Program-made: the position numbers and the translations under genes | Notes under the pieces: generated by a model | Database searches by the model: none | What the model saw: the letters and a program-made list of their open reading frames with translations, nothing else | What the model was told of the DNA's origin: nothing | From: a virus | Reading direction: 5' to 3' (one strand) | Virus record (IMG/VR): IMGVR_UViG_3300023174_000061 | Length of the DNA: 64,000 bases | Shown here: positions 38,117 through 49,142 of the stretch, piece by piece | Layout of the letters: each line of letters opens with the position of its first letter | Numbering within the stretch: the first letter of the stretch is position 1

Positions 38117-38778
38117 AATTTCTTACGTTTTTGAATAGTGGATGTGTAGACATCTGTAAGAACATGTTGATTTCTGCTGAGAATGTTGGAATTGATATGG
38201 ATGATTTTTATATTGCTTGTTTAGATTCTAATGCATATGAAAATTTAAAAGAATATAAAAATGCTTTTCTTCATATAGATCAACCAATCACAGAATATCA
38301 AAATTGGACTTTTGATAAAGAAAGTGGTTTTAGAAATATTGTTAAAATCAAATGGTCTATTATTAAAAAAATTTATCAAGAAAATAAAAATCTTTGTTGG
38401 GTAGATACTGATATTGTATTTGTTGAAAATCCAATTGAAATCATTGAAGGAAATGAAGAAGTTTTATTTCAATCTGATAGTCCAGGTTCCACTCTTTGTT
38501 CTGGATTTATGGTTTTTAATGATACCAAAGAATGTGAATCTTTGGTAAATGAATGTGGATCCAATGAAATAGAAGACGACCAATTAATTGTAAATGAGAT
38601 TGCTTTAACAAAATATAGAGATCATATTGCAATATTGAGTCCTGATTTATTTCCCAACGGACATGTATATTATAATGAAGGAAGGAAAGAAAATGCTGTA
38701 ATAGTTCATAATAATTGGATGGTAGGTGTAGAAGAAAAGACTAAAAGATTTAAGGAGGAGAAATTATGGTTCTTATGA
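38113..38778 (+). CDS. Nucleotide-diphospho-sugar transferase (GT77-like)
   Basis: VDTDIVF..NP; CSGF; DDQ; FPNG; HNNW. Confidence 0.8.
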   Translation: MKFLTFLNSGCVDICKNMLISAENVGIDMDDFYIACLDSNAYENLKEYKNAFLHIDQPITEYQNWTFDKESGFRNIVKIKWSIIKKIYQENKNLCWVDTDIVFVENPIEIIEGNEEVLFQSDSPGSTLCSGFMVFNDTKECESLVNECGSNEIEDDQLIVNEIALTKYRDHIAILSPDLFPNGHVYYNEGRKENAVIVHNNWMVGVEEKTKRFKEEKLWFL

Positions 38779-39629
38779 ATAATGATGCATTGAGACCTGC
38801 ATCTATTTCTCCCATATACCCTCCATATCATACAGGAGAATATCTTGAAGAGTATTTCTTCAAAAGATGGAATGAAGAAAATATTCAAACTGATAGACAG
38901 TATATTGATGTTTTTTGGACTAATAATTTTTGCAATTCTATGTTTGCTGGACAACAGTATGAAAACGTTCAAGAGCAATTAGATAATACTCTTTCATCTG
39001 ATGGGAAATATTTTACAGTATCACAATTTGATGATGGTCCTTTTGAAAAATTTCCAGAAGATACTTTGATTTTTTCTGCTGGTGGAAATCGTGAGGGGGA
39101 TAATATTATTCCTATTCCTTTAATTTGTAGTTCTATTCCAAACGAATTAATTCCAAATAAAGAAAAAACTATTCTTGCTTCTTTTGTTGGTTCTAGAGAT
39201 ACTCATCCAATTCGTATGGATATGTGTAATTATTTGTCTGGAAAGGAAGGATATAAAATTTCTGCTGGAAACTGGTCCACAGAAGTCCCTATGGACAACT
39301 TCAAAAGATTTCTGGATATAACCTGCTCTAGTAAATTTGGACTTGCTCCAAGGGGTTATGGGAAGAGTAGTTTTAGAATGTATGAAATTCTTCAATTAGG
39401 AACTGTTCCAGTTTATATTTCAGATGTTCATTACCTTCCTTGGACTGATGAATTGGATTGGAATGATTTTTGTGTTCCTGTAAATGAAGATGAGATTAAA
39501 GACATTGATGCTATACTAAAATCAATAGATGATGTAGAATATACTAAATTGTTGGAAAATGGAAGAAAAGTATATGAAGAGTATTTTACTCTCGAAGGAA
39601 TATTTAAAAACATCACAAAAAGGATATAG
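38775..39629 (+). CDS. Exostosin-like glycosyltransferase (GT47)
   Basis: SFVGS...SKFGLAPRGYG.SSFR.YE....G.VPVYISD. Confidence 0.85.
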   Translation: MNNDALRPASISPIYPPYHTGEYLEEYFFKRWNEENIQTDRQYIDVFWTNNFCNSMFAGQQYENVQEQLDNTLSSDGKYFTVSQFDDGPFEKFPEDTLIFSAGGNREGDNIIPIPLICSSIPNELIPNKEKTILASFVGSRDTHPIRMDMCNYLSGKEGYKISAGNWSTEVPMDNFKRFLDITCSSKFGLAPRGYGKSSFRMYEILQLGTVPVYISDVHYLPWTDELDWNDFCVPVNEDEIKDIDAILKSIDDVEYTKLLENGRKVYEEYFTLEGIFKNITKRI

Positions 39630-39632
39630 TTT

Positions 39633-40403
39633 ATGAAAACCTATTATGATAAGTTAAAAGAATTACTTACTCCTTATGATCTTGGTTTTACCAAAATGAG
39701 AATTGGTCCTCATTGTGATGGAGGATATGTAATTTATCAAGAACCATTATTGAAAACTAATAATGTTTATTCACTTGGAATTGGACCAGTTTGTGGATCT
39801 GATTTTCAATTAGCACAAATGGGAAAAATCATACACATGTATGATGCAGAACCTTTTTACCATAATGAGCATCCAAACTATCGGTTTAAACAAATTTATG
39901 TAACATCAGAAGTTTTTGATGCCGAACTTGATACAGTGAATGATACTAATCTTTTGATGTGTATTGATATAGAAGGAGGTGAATATGAGATTTTGCCTAA
40001 TATGAAAGAAGAAAATCTTTTAAAGTTTTCTCAGATTTCTATTGAAATTCACTGGATAGGTGGTGAAAATCGTATTGTAAATGGAGTTCCACAGAATGGT
40101 GGAAGAGCACTTGGTGATAATGGTGAATGCGTTATTAAATTGCTTGAAAAATTAAATAAGCATTTTTATCTTTACCACATTCATATTAATAATGGTGCTA
40201 ATCCTTTTGAAAATTTCCCTGATGTGATTGAATGTTCCTATCTTAGAAAAGATTTATGCACACAAGTTGATAAAGAGTTTTCAATGCATTTAGTTACTAT
40301 ACATAAAGAAACTAAATCATATCCTTTGGATGGTTTAGATTATCCAAACTATACAGGACCAAGTAATTTGGCAGTAAATCCTGAATTTAATTGGTGGTTA
40401 TGA
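39633..40403 (+). CDS. FkbM-like methyltransferase
   Basis: DGGY, YSLGIG, DIEGGEY, QISIEIH, H.NN. Confidence 0.75.
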   Translation: MKTYYDKLKELLTPYDLGFTKMRIGPHCDGGYVIYQEPLLKTNNVYSLGIGPVCGSDFQLAQMGKIIHMYDAEPFYHNEHPNYRFKQIYVTSEVFDAELDTVNDTNLLMCIDIEGGEYEILPNMKEENLLKFSQISIEIHWIGGENRIVNGVPQNGGRALGDNGECVIKLLEKLNKHFYLYHIHINNGANPFENFPDVIECSYLRKDLCTQVDKEFSMHLVTIHKETKSYPLDGLDYPNYTGPSNLAVNPEFNWWL

Positions 40404-41782
40404 TACCTAAAAATATATTTCAATCTTGGATATCTAAAGATCTTCATCCAGAAATACAAAAAAAAGTTGATAATATAAAAAGTTTAAATCCTGAATATAA
40501 TTATCAACTTTATACTGATTCTGAAATTGATGAATTTGTAAATACTTTTTATCCAGGAGAAGTATCAGAATGTTTTAATAGATTAAATGTTCCTGTAGCA
40601 AAAGTTGATTTTTGGAGATATTTGGTTCTTTACAAATATGGTGGGATATATGTTGACTTAGATTCATCTATTGATATTTCTTTGAATGAACTTATAAGAG
40701 AAAATGACACTGCAATTATTACAGCAGAAACTAATCAAAATACTTTCGTTCAGTGGGCTTTAATTTTTGATAAAGAACATCCAATTCTAAACAAAGTTAT
40801 TGAATTGGTTCTTGATAATATTCAAAATAATTTATATCCAAATGATATATTGCAAATGACAGGACCTCAGGTTTATTCCAAGGCAATAATGTCATTGCAC
40901 TACGATTTGTTTGGAGAGAATTTAAATTTTAATAGTATTGATCGTGATACTGATATAACTTTTTCTAAAGATTTAATTTCTTATAGAATTTATGGAATTG
41001 ATTACAATAATAAATTTACTTTTAAGTTTCCAGAAAGTGAGTATCTTTATTATGAAAAAGAACCTTGGAGAAATGAATTAGCAAAGAAAGAACTTTTACA
41101 TCCAAAGTTAAATGTTGATAATATCTATATTTGTCATTATAAAAAGTTAGAGGAAAGAAAAAAATCTATTCTAGAACAATTTAAGGAAGAAAAAATTTAT
41201 AGATATGAATTTGTAGAAAATTTTGATAAGAACGAATGGAATGTTGAAGAGATAGAAGAAGAATATCCTAAAGTATTCAAAGAATGGAAAAAAGGATTGG
41301 ATTCTTATGACGATAATTCTCAAAATTCCGAAAGATCTTTGGCATTAAAACATGCATTTATATTAAAGGATATTTTTAAAAAACAATATGAAACAACTTT
41401 AATCTTGGAAGATGATGCCACTTTATGCGATGATTTTGTAAATTATTGCAATCTTTTTATATCTCAACTTCCAGATGATTGGGATGTTGCTTGGGTTGGA
41501 TCTTGTTTGAATTTGCACGAACCAAGTATTGATGGCAAATATGTTTATAAAACAAGTAGAGGATCTAGGTGTACTCATGCATTTTTAGTCAGTAAATCAA
41601 TGGTAAATAAAGTAATAGATTGTATATCTGATATTAATCTACCTTCAGATCACTTTTATAATTATTTGATTGAAAAATTCAATTTAAATAATTATTGGTT
41701 TGAACCATCACTGGCTATACAAAGTCTAGATTTTTGTTCTGCTATTTCTGGTAATTACTGGAATTCAAATAATATAAATTAA
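40400..41782 (+). CDS. Fused glycosyltransferase (GT32-like + GT25-like)
   Basis: IPKNIFQSW...DFWRYLVLYKYGGIYVDLD...TGP, then ERK...SL..KH...LILEDD. Confidence 0.8.
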   Translation: MIPKNIFQSWISKDLHPEIQKKVDNIKSLNPEYNYQLYTDSEIDEFVNTFYPGEVSECFNRLNVPVAKVDFWRYLVLYKYGGIYVDLDSSIDISLNELIRENDTAIITAETNQNTFVQWALIFDKEHPILNKVIELVLDNIQNNLYPNDILQMTGPQVYSKAIMSLHYDLFGENLNFNSIDRDTDITFSKDLISYRIYGIDYNNKFTFKFPESEYLYYEKEPWRNELAKKELLHPKLNVDNIYICHYKKLEERKKSILEQFKEEKIYRYEFVENFDKNEWNVEEIEEEYPKVFKEWKKGLDSYDDNSQNSERSLALKHAFILKDIFKKQYETTLILEDDATLCDDFVNYCNLFISQLPDDWDVAWVGSCLNLHEPSIDGKYVYKTSRGSRCTHAFLVSKSMVNKVIDCISDINLPSDHFYNYLIEKFNLNNYWFEPSLAIQSLDFCSAISGNYWNSNNIN

Positions 41783-41790
41783 TTTTAACT

Positions 41791-42636
41791 ATGAAAATAT
41801 GTTTCTCTGATTTTTGGTCTCCTTTTGATCCAAACAATAACTTTTTTACTCATCTTTTAAATCAATCTTTTGAGAATGTTGAAGTTGTAAATCCAGAAGA
41901 TGCTGATGTAATGTTTTTCAGTGTTTTTGGAATGGAAAATAATTTATATAAAAATTGTAAAAAAATATTTTTTACTGGTGAAAATATAAGACCAAATTTT
42001 AATAAGTGTGATTATTCACTCACATTTGATTTTGATGATTATGAAGGAAAGAATTTTCGTCTTCCTCTTTGGTATCTTTATATTGATTGGTTTAATGTAA
42101 AGACCTATGATAATCCTGAATGGTTAATTCCAGAGTCTTATCTTTATGGTGAAAATGAATTCACTCAAAAACCAAAAGACAAATTTTGTTCGATTGTTTT
42201 TGGTAAAGTGGTTGAATCTAGATTAAATGCAATTCAAAAAATTTCTGAATATAAAAAAGTAGATATTTTTGGCAAAGCAAATCCAGAATACCATCTTCCA
42301 GATGGAGAAAAACATAAATTAGATTTAATTTCAAATTATAAGTTTTCTCTTTGCTATGAAAATTCTGTTACACCAGGTTATCATACTGAAAAATTACTTC
42401 ATGGAAAAATTGCTGGAAATATTCCAATTTATTATGGTGACAAAACTGTTTGTAAAGATTTTAATTCAAAGTGTTTTGTTAATACAGTAAATATGTCTGA
42501 TGAAGAATTGATTGAAATAATTAAACAAATTGATACAAATAAAAAATTGTATGATAGAATGAATTCTGAACCTTTATTTGAAAATAAAATTTCTCTTGAA
42601 CCATTAATTAAAAATCTTTATAATATTTTAAAATGA
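41791..42636 (+). CDS. Alpha-1,3/4-fucosyltransferase (GT10)
   Basis: FFTGEN; YKFSLCYENS..PGY.TEKL......GNIPIYYG. Confidence 0.88.
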   Translation: MKICFSDFWSPFDPNNNFFTHLLNQSFENVEVVNPEDADVMFFSVFGMENNLYKNCKKIFFTGENIRPNFNKCDYSLTFDFDDYEGKNFRLPLWYLYIDWFNVKTYDNPEWLIPESYLYGENEFTQKPKDKFCSIVFGKVVESRLNAIQKISEYKKVDIFGKANPEYHLPDGEKHKLDLISNYKFSLCYENSVTPGYHTEKLLHGKIAGNIPIYYGDKTVCKDFNSKCFVNTVNMSDEELIEIIKQIDTNKKLYDRMNSEPLFENKISLEPLIKNLYNILK

Positions 42637-43361
42637 ATTTACATCTAATTTCTTTTGGTGCTCCTGAACAAAAATATGCTTATACTAGAAATAGATTTTA
42701 TAATGAAGCATTGAATCTAGGAGTTTTTAAATCTATTAAAGTTCTTTCTGACATTGAATCTTTTGATTATACCAAAGAGTTGTTGGACCATAAAGATTTT
42801 CTTTATTCTACTAGGGGATTTGGTTATTGGATATGGAAATATTTTTTAGTATCAGAGATGATGAAAGAGATAGAGTCTGATGATATTTTGATGTATTGTG
42901 ATTCTGGATGCACTTTAAACCCAAATGGTTTGAATAGATTGCAATATTATGTAAATGTTGCATATGAAAAAGGTTCTTTAGTTTTTGATGTTGGGCATCC
43001 AGAATTCAAATATACAAAAATGGATACATATAAAAGAGTATTTGAAAATGATTTTGAAAATTTAGAAACAAATCAAATTTGTGCAACAGCATTCTTTTTA
43101 AAAAATAATGATACAAATAAAAAAATAATAGAAGAAATAAAAAAAATTTCAACTGAAAACAAATATCATTATGTTTCTGATGCTATATCTAATTTAGAAA
43201 ATGATTCTAGATTTTTAGAACATCGTCACGACCAATCAATATTTTCTCTTATTTCAAAAAAAAATAATTTTTTTGTTATAAATGATGAAACATATTGGAA
43301 TCCAGACTGGAATGTCTCTGGAAAAAATTATCCAATTTGGGCAACAAGATTTAGGCCATGA
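42633..43361 (+). CDS. Putative glycosyltransferase
   Basis: RGFGYWIWK, YCDSG, EHRHDQSIFSL. Confidence 0.6.
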   Translation: MNLHLISFGAPEQKYAYTRNRFYNEALNLGVFKSIKVLSDIESFDYTKELLDHKDFLYSTRGFGYWIWKYFLVSEMMKEIESDDILMYCDSGCTLNPNGLNRLQYYVNVAYEKGSLVFDVGHPEFKYTKMDTYKRVFENDFENLETNQICATAFFLKNNDTNKKIIEEIKKISTENKYHYVSDAISNLENDSRFLEHRHDQSIFSLISKKNNFFVINDETYWNPDWNVSGKNYPIWATRFRP

Positions 43362-44470
43362 AAGTTATTAAAAGAAAAAATTGTGCAATTACCAAAAGTG
43401 AAAATTTAACAGAAGTTTTTACTTTTAAAAATTTTCCTATTTTTATGGGTTGTGTTGATTTTAATGATGATAATCTTGATCAATACTATAATATGAAATG
43501 GGGAGTATCAGATAAAGGAATAATTCAATTGATGGAATTACTTCCTCTAGATCTTCTTTATTATAATCACCATACACCAGGAACTGTAGGAAAAACTTGG
43601 GAATTGCATCATAAAAAATTTGCTGATTTTATCAAAAAAAGTAATCCAAAAAATATTTTAGAAATAGGTGGTGCTACAGGAAAACTAGTAAATCATTTCA
43701 TTTCTACTAATGAAGATTTTTCTTGGAACATTATCGAACCATCAGAACAAAAAAGTAAAGATTCTAGAGTTAAATTCTTTCGTGGTTTTTTTGAAGAGTT
43801 TGAATTTAATCAAAAATTTGATGCAGTAATTCATTCTCATCTTTGTGAACACGTTTATGAACCACATACATTTTTTAATAAAATAAATTCAATTTTAGAG
43901 ATTGGTGGTATTCAATATATTTCAATACCAAATATGAAACATTGGATTTCTATGGGATATTTAAATACACTTAATTTTGAACATACTTTTTATATCGATG
44001 AATATGTGTTGGAATATATTTTGTGGCAATACGATTTTGAAATAGAAGAAAAAGAAATTGACAATCATTCAATCTTTATAAAAGCAGTAAAAAAAGAAAA
44101 AAATAATTCTTTATATGAGTTTGATTTTTCATATATCAAACCGATGTTTGATAATTATATTAAAAAATTGAGTGATGATGTTGAATATATTAATTCAAAA
44201 CTAAGTGGAGAAAAATTTTATCTTTTTGGTGCTCATATTTTTTCTCAATATTTAATTTCTATGGGAATTAATAAAAATCAAATTATCAATATCCTTGATA
44301 ATGATTTTAATAAACAAAAGAAACGAATGTATGGAACAAACATTACTGTAAAATCTCCTCAAATATTAAAAAATATTGACAAACCAATTATAGTATTGAG
44401 AACTGGAATATATGATAATGAAATAAAAGAAAAAATACTGCAAATAAATTCATCTTCTATTTTCTATTAA
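43358..44470 (+). CDS. SAM-dependent methyltransferase, NDP-sugar C-methyltransferase-like architecture
   Basis: ILEIGG, IIEP, HLCEH, IPN, EH..Y; C-terminal LFGA...DND..KQ. Confidence 0.75.
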   Translation: MKVIKRKNCAITKSENLTEVFTFKNFPIFMGCVDFNDDNLDQYYNMKWGVSDKGIIQLMELLPLDLLYYNHHTPGTVGKTWELHHKKFADFIKKSNPKNILEIGGATGKLVNHFISTNEDFSWNIIEPSEQKSKDSRVKFFRGFFEEFEFNQKFDAVIHSHLCEHVYEPHTFFNKINSILEIGGIQYISIPNMKHWISMGYLNTLNFEHTFYIDEYVLEYILWQYDFEIEEKEIDNHSIFIKAVKKEKNNSLYEFDFSYIKPMFDNYIKKLSDDVEYINSKLSGEKFYLFGAHIFSQYLISMGINKNQIINILDNDFNKQKKRMYGTNITVKSPQILKNIDKPIIVLRTGIYDNEIKEKILQINSSSIFY

Positions 44471-44487
44471 TTAAAGGAATTTTACTT

Positions 44488-45159
44488 ATGAAACTTGCTA
44501 TTTGTTTTTATGGATATCCGAGATTTTATGAAACTGGATATCAAACTACTAAAAAATTATATGAAGGTTGTAATTTGGAATATTATGCTAATTTTTGGGG
44601 AGATGGAAAAGAATTAGATCAAATTACTAGTCTTTTTAATTTTAAAAAAATAGAAATGCAACCACAAATGGAAAAATTTAAAGAAATATCTTGTAATCCA
44701 AATCTATCAAAAACTTCCAAAGATTTATTTACTACAATTTCTCCACTATATTCAATTCAAAAATTGCATAATTTAATAAAAGAATCAGATGAAGATTACG
44801 ATTTTTGGATTTTGACAAGAACTGATATTGGTGTTGATTTTGATTTTTATTTAAATAGTATTGAGTATGATAAAACTAAAATATATTCTTCATATGTAAG
44901 GGGAAATGAATGGTTAAATACCCATATAGATACAAAATTTATAATGTGCGACAAAAAAAATATTTTAAACTTGACAAATATATACGAAAATTTGGACCAT
45001 TATATCTGTAATAAAAATATTCCATTATGCCACCATCGTTTATTTTTTAATTCTCTTTTAGAATATGGAAGTGATATGGAAATGATCATGGCCAATCCCA
45101 ATGATGATTATGCTGGCGGATGGAGATTTATAAGAAATAATGAAATGAAAATTTCATGA
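44488..45159 (+). CDS. Hypothetical glycan-island protein (KxAxxxxGxxR family)
   Basis: MKLAICFYGYPR...YDFWILTRTD; paralogous to the next two genes. Confidence 0.65.
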   Translation: MKLAICFYGYPRFYETGYQTTKKLYEGCNLEYYANFWGDGKELDQITSLFNFKKIEMQPQMEKFKEISCNPNLSKTSKDLFTTISPLYSIQKLHNLIKESDEDYDFWILTRTDIGVDFDFYLNSIEYDKTKIYSSYVRGNEWLNTHIDTKFIMCDKKNILNLTNIYENLDHYICNKNIPLCHHRLFFNSLLEYGSDMEMIMANPNDDYAGGWRFIRNNEMKIS

Positions 45160-45893
45160 AAAATTTAAAGATTTGCATTTTGATAATTGGTAGATTGGAT
45201 ACCTTTGAAACTTGTTATGAATCTTTACACAAATATATTTTAGAACCACTTAATGTGGATGTATTTTTTTCTGGATATCCAAATTTTCTTGGGTTGGAAT
45301 ATTGTGAAAATAAAATTGAAGAATTGTGGAAACCAAAAAAATATTGTTTAAGAGACTATACTGATATTATTAGAAAATAAATTCATTTGGATGATTCGAG
45401 ATTTATAAGAAAAAGGTCAGAATGTACTCCACATACTTGGTTGAGTGGAATGTATAATCTTAAAATTTCCAATAAATTAAAAAATGAATATGAGAAAGAA
45501 AATAATTTTAAATATGATATTTGTATAAAATCTAGAACAGATGCAATTTGGCATAGTTATATAACAAATGAAGAAATTGATTTGGTTCTCAAAGATTCAA
45601 AAAATATTTTGATTCCTACTGCATGGGATTTTAAAGAAGTACATAATTTAGGTTGTTCTGATGTTTCTTGTGTAACTTCTTCACATGGAATGGATATATA
45701 TTCATCTTGTATAGACTTTATAGATGAATATTATGATTCTGGAGAAGTATTTCATCCAGAAAGTCTTCTTGGTATTCATATTAATAATTTTTTAAATAGA
45801 ATATCAATAAAAACTGGAATTGATCCATATACAAACCAACCTAATCAATCTGGATGGTGTGTTGTTGATCCAAATAGAAAAAAATCTTTTTAA
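45156..45893 (+). pseudogene. Paralogue interrupted by a single in-frame TAA at 45378-45380
   Basis: ORFs 45156-45380 and 45387-45893 share a frame (IRK*IHLDD); joined product has KICILIIGRL...KYDICIKSRTD like its neighbours. Confidence 0.7.
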
Positions 45894-45900
45894 TAAAAAA

Positions 45901-46695
45901 ATGAAAATAGCATTATTAATTTGTGGTCAAATGAGAACTTTTGATCACCCAAAAGTATTAAAATATTTAAATCAATTTATTGAAAAGTTTAATTGTGATG
46001 TATTTTTGTCAACTTGGAATAATAGAGGAATATCTGTTTGGAGTGAACATGCTTTAAAAGAACAAGCAGATATTCAAAATCAAGAAAAAAATAAATCAAT
46101 CAGTTTAGACCATATTAACTTAATTCCTAATATTAAAAAATATACAATAGATGATTATGAAGAATTCATTAACAATCAATCTAATGGTGAAATAAAATCA
46201 TTTTTAAATCAAAGTTCAGATACTTTGTATCACTCAAAAGCAACTAGTATTCCTTCTTTATATAAATTGTATTCTACATACCAACTACTTGAAGAATACG
46301 AAAAAGAAAATAAAATTAAATATGATATTGTAATTAAAACCAGACCAGATTTTTTACATGTTCATACTGACATAGAAAAATATTTTGATAGAATTGATGA
46401 CACTTTATTTCATATTAATACTGGCATATCTTATTGTCCAGATAGGGTGTATGAAATGTTTTTTCTTTCGTCGTCAAGTATTATGAAAACAGTTTGTGAA
46501 TCTTGGTTAAACTTTAATCAATTGGTTGGTACTGATTATTCTTTGCATATGGCTAGATTGGATGCTTGTAGATTGGTCTATTCTCAGTGCATTCTAAATA
46601 ATATTAAGATAGACACATTTGATAAGGTTCTTGGTGATGTTCTGAGAATAGAAAATTACTCAGACTACCAATCTTTCGAAAATATGTTTATTTGA
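45901..46695 (+). CDS. Hypothetical glycan-island protein (KxAxxxxGxxR family)
   Basis: MKIALLICGQMRTF...DVFLSTW...KYDIVIKTRPD. Confidence 0.65.
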   Translation: MKIALLICGQMRTFDHPKVLKYLNQFIEKFNCDVFLSTWNNRGISVWSEHALKEQADIQNQEKNKSISLDHINLIPNIKKYTIDDYEEFINNQSNGEIKSFLNQSSDTLYHSKATSIPSLYKLYSTYQLLEEYEKENKIKYDIVIKTRPDFLHVHTDIEKYFDRIDDTLFHINTGISYCPDRVYEMFFLSSSSIMKTVCESWLNFNQLVGTDYSLHMARLDACRLVYSQCILNNIKIDTFDKVLGDVLRIENYSDYQSFENMFI

Positions 46696-46743
46696 TTGAC
46701 ATTTTTTGTTTTTTATTTTAAAATTTTTTTATAACCCTTGTAT

Positions 46744-48177
46744 ATGACTATGAACATTTTATTTCCAATCGCAGGTCTTGGAACTCGTTTTAAATCAAAT
46801 GGTTACAATGAACCAAAACCATTTGTAGATGTAAAAGGAAAACCATTAATTGAATGGGCAATTTCCTCAATCAATCTTCCTGGAAAATATTACATTATTG
46901 TTAATGGTCTTCCAGCAAAATACATTCAAGTTCTTACTGATATTAAGAACAAATATTATTTGGATATGGAAATTATTGATATTGGACATTCTACTAGAGG
47001 ACAAGCAGAAACTTGTCTTCTTGCATTAGAAACTGGAAAAATTGATCTTTCTGAACCACTGGTTATTACAAATTGTGATCAGTATACTCCTTGGAATCCT
47101 AATAAGTTTATTAAATTTATTAAAGAAACAGACTGTGATGGAGTAGTTTCTACATATGATCATTCGGATGTTGTTGTTGGTGAGGAAAGTAGATATAGTC
47201 ATATTGAACTCGATGAAAATGGTTATGCAACTAGACTTGCTGAAAAAGTTGCAATTTCTCCCTGGTCTTTGAATGGAATTTTCTACTGGAAGAATGCAAA
47301 CCTTTTTGTTGAAAGTGCAAAGAACCTTATGACTGATGATTCGGATGCAGGATGGTCATCTGGTAAAGTTTCTTGTGTTAAAGAAAAATATGTTGCTTTG
47401 ACTTATAATTATTTGATTAAGGATGGTTATAAGATTAAAAACTATCATATGGAATGTGATGATTTTGTGTCCCTTGGAAGTCCTGGAGAAATTATTTTGA
47501 ATCTTAAGCAATCGAATGTAAAACAAGCTGTTGAAGATATTCGCAATGGTAAACCAATTGTTATGGTTGATGATTATGATCGTGAATTTGAAGGAGATAT
47601 TGTATTTGCAGCAGAAAAAGCAACCGAAGAAAATCTTCTTTTTGCTATGAGACACGCAAGAGGATTGATGTGCCTTCCTTGCAATCAGGAAAAACTGGAT
47701 CAACTTGAAATTCCTATGATGAATTGCAATTCAATGGATAAGTATGGAACTCCTTTTGCAACTAGTATTGATGCAGTAGAAGGTGCTACTACTGGTATGT
47801 CCGTTGGTGATCGTCTTGCTACTATCAATACCTTCTGCTCTGATGAATCTAAACCAAGTTCTCTTGCACAACCTGGTCACTTATTCCCTCTCCGTGCCCG
47901 TCCTGGTCTTCTGTCTGAACGTAGAGGTCACACTGAGGGATGCGTTGAAATTCTCCGTTTAGCAGGTATGAAGGAGGTTGGAGTTATTATTGAAATTATG
48001 GATGAATATGGAAAAATGATTAAGGGTGATACTCTCCGTCAGTTTGCTAAGATTTATAATCTTACTTTTGTTTCAATTGAAGAACTTCATGATGAAGTTT
48101 ATAGCAAGTCTGAATCTGGAAGAGTTCCTCTTTCTTCTGTTAGCAAAGAAACCTTAGAAAATATGATGAAGATTTGA
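46744..48177 (+). CDS. ribB: Sugar nucleotidyltransferase-like domain fused to RibB (DHBP synthase)
   Basis: PIAGLGTRF...PKP, TRGQAET, NCD; then VDDYDREFEGD, TTGMS.GDR, PGHLFPL, RRGHTEG, EIM. Confidence 0.88.
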   Translation: MTMNILFPIAGLGTRFKSNGYNEPKPFVDVKGKPLIEWAISSINLPGKYYIIVNGLPAKYIQVLTDIKNKYYLDMEIIDIGHSTRGQAETCLLALETGKIDLSEPLVITNCDQYTPWNPNKFIKFIKETDCDGVVSTYDHSDVVVGEESRYSHIELDENGYATRLAEKVAISPWSLNGIFYWKNANLFVESAKNLMTDDSDAGWSSGKVSCVKEKYVALTYNYLIKDGYKIKNYHMECDDFVSLGSPGEIILNLKQSNVKQAVEDIRNGKPIVMVDDYDREFEGDIVFAAEKATEENLLFAMRHARGLMCLPCNQEKLDQLEIPMMNCNSMDKYGTPFATSIDAVEGATTGMSVGDRLATINTFCSDESKPSSLAQPGHLFPLRARPGLLSERRGHTEGCVEILRLAGMKEVGVIIEIMDEYGKMIKGDTLRQFAKIYNLTFVSIEELHDEVYSKSESGRVPLSSVSKETLENMMKI

Positions 48178-49142
48178 TGGACTTTACAACTAGAGCTTAT
48201 AATAGTTTTGAATTTAATTCAAAAACAAAAGCAAGTATTATTAAATCTAGTGAAGAAGATCGTCTTCTTGGGGAGATTGAATACTATCAAAATCTCCCTA
48301 AGGATATTCAAGTTTATTTTCCAAGAATGTTGAATTATTCAACTGATGAAAAAATTTATCAGATGGAACTTGAATATTATGCTTATGGAAATTTGGGAAA
48401 TGTTATGACAAATCAGGATTATAATCCTGATTTTTGGACTAAAGTTTTTGACTTTATTTTTTCTTACATCAATAACTATAAGGAATCTACTTCCGTTCTT
48501 GCATCTAAAGAAGACTCTTTATTGATGTTTGTGGATAAGACAGAGAAAGAATACATTAATTTGATGTATAAGTTTGATTTTTTCTCTCAATTTAGAAATA
48601 CAAAAGAATTTGTATTTAATGGTAAGATTTTAAAATCCTTTGATGTTATTTGGGAAAAAATTAAATCTTATATTGAAACATCAATATGTGATGATAAATT
48701 TCATTTTATTCATGGTGATCTTTGTTTTAGTAATATTCTTTATGGAGTAAATGATATTACCAATGATGTGATTTTAAAATTCATTGATCCTAGAGGAGTT
48801 TTTGGTAAAACAAAATTCTTCGGTGATTCATATTATGATCTTGCAAAAATATCACATTCATGTAATGGTGGTTATGAATTTTTTATCTATGATAAGTTTG
48901 ATGTTTCAAATGTAGGTAATCAATTCAAACTTTCTTTTCATAATGAGCAAAGAAAAAATGATATTAATAATAAATTTTTATCTATTTCTGATGAGTATAA
49001 ATTTGATTATAATAAGATAAAATTAATTGAAGGTCTTATCTTTGTTGGAATGTGTGCAAGACACTATGACAATTTAGATAGACAAAAAGCAATGTTGATG
49101 ACTGGACTTAATATTTTAAACAATGTCTACGAAAATTTATAA
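48177..49142 (+). CDS. APH/choline-kinase-fold sugar kinase (capsule-biosynthesis type)
   Basis: RAYN, EIEYY, IHGDLCFSNIL, IDPRG.FG, YD.AK. Confidence 0.8.
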   Translation: MDFTTRAYNSFEFNSKTKASIIKSSEEDRLLGEIEYYQNLPKDIQVYFPRMLNYSTDEKIYQMELEYYAYGNLGNVMTNQDYNPDFWTKVFDFIFSYINNYKESTSVLASKEDSLLMFVDKTEKEYINLMYKFDFFSQFRNTKEFVFNGKILKSFDVIWEKIKSYIETSICDDKFHFIHGDLCFSNILYGVNDITNDVILKFIDPRGVFGKTKFFGDSYYDLAKISHSCNGGYEFFIYDKFDVSNVGNQFKLSFHNEQRKNDINNKFLSISDEYKFDYNKIKLIEGLIFVGMCARHYDNLDRQKAMLMTGLNILNNVYENL

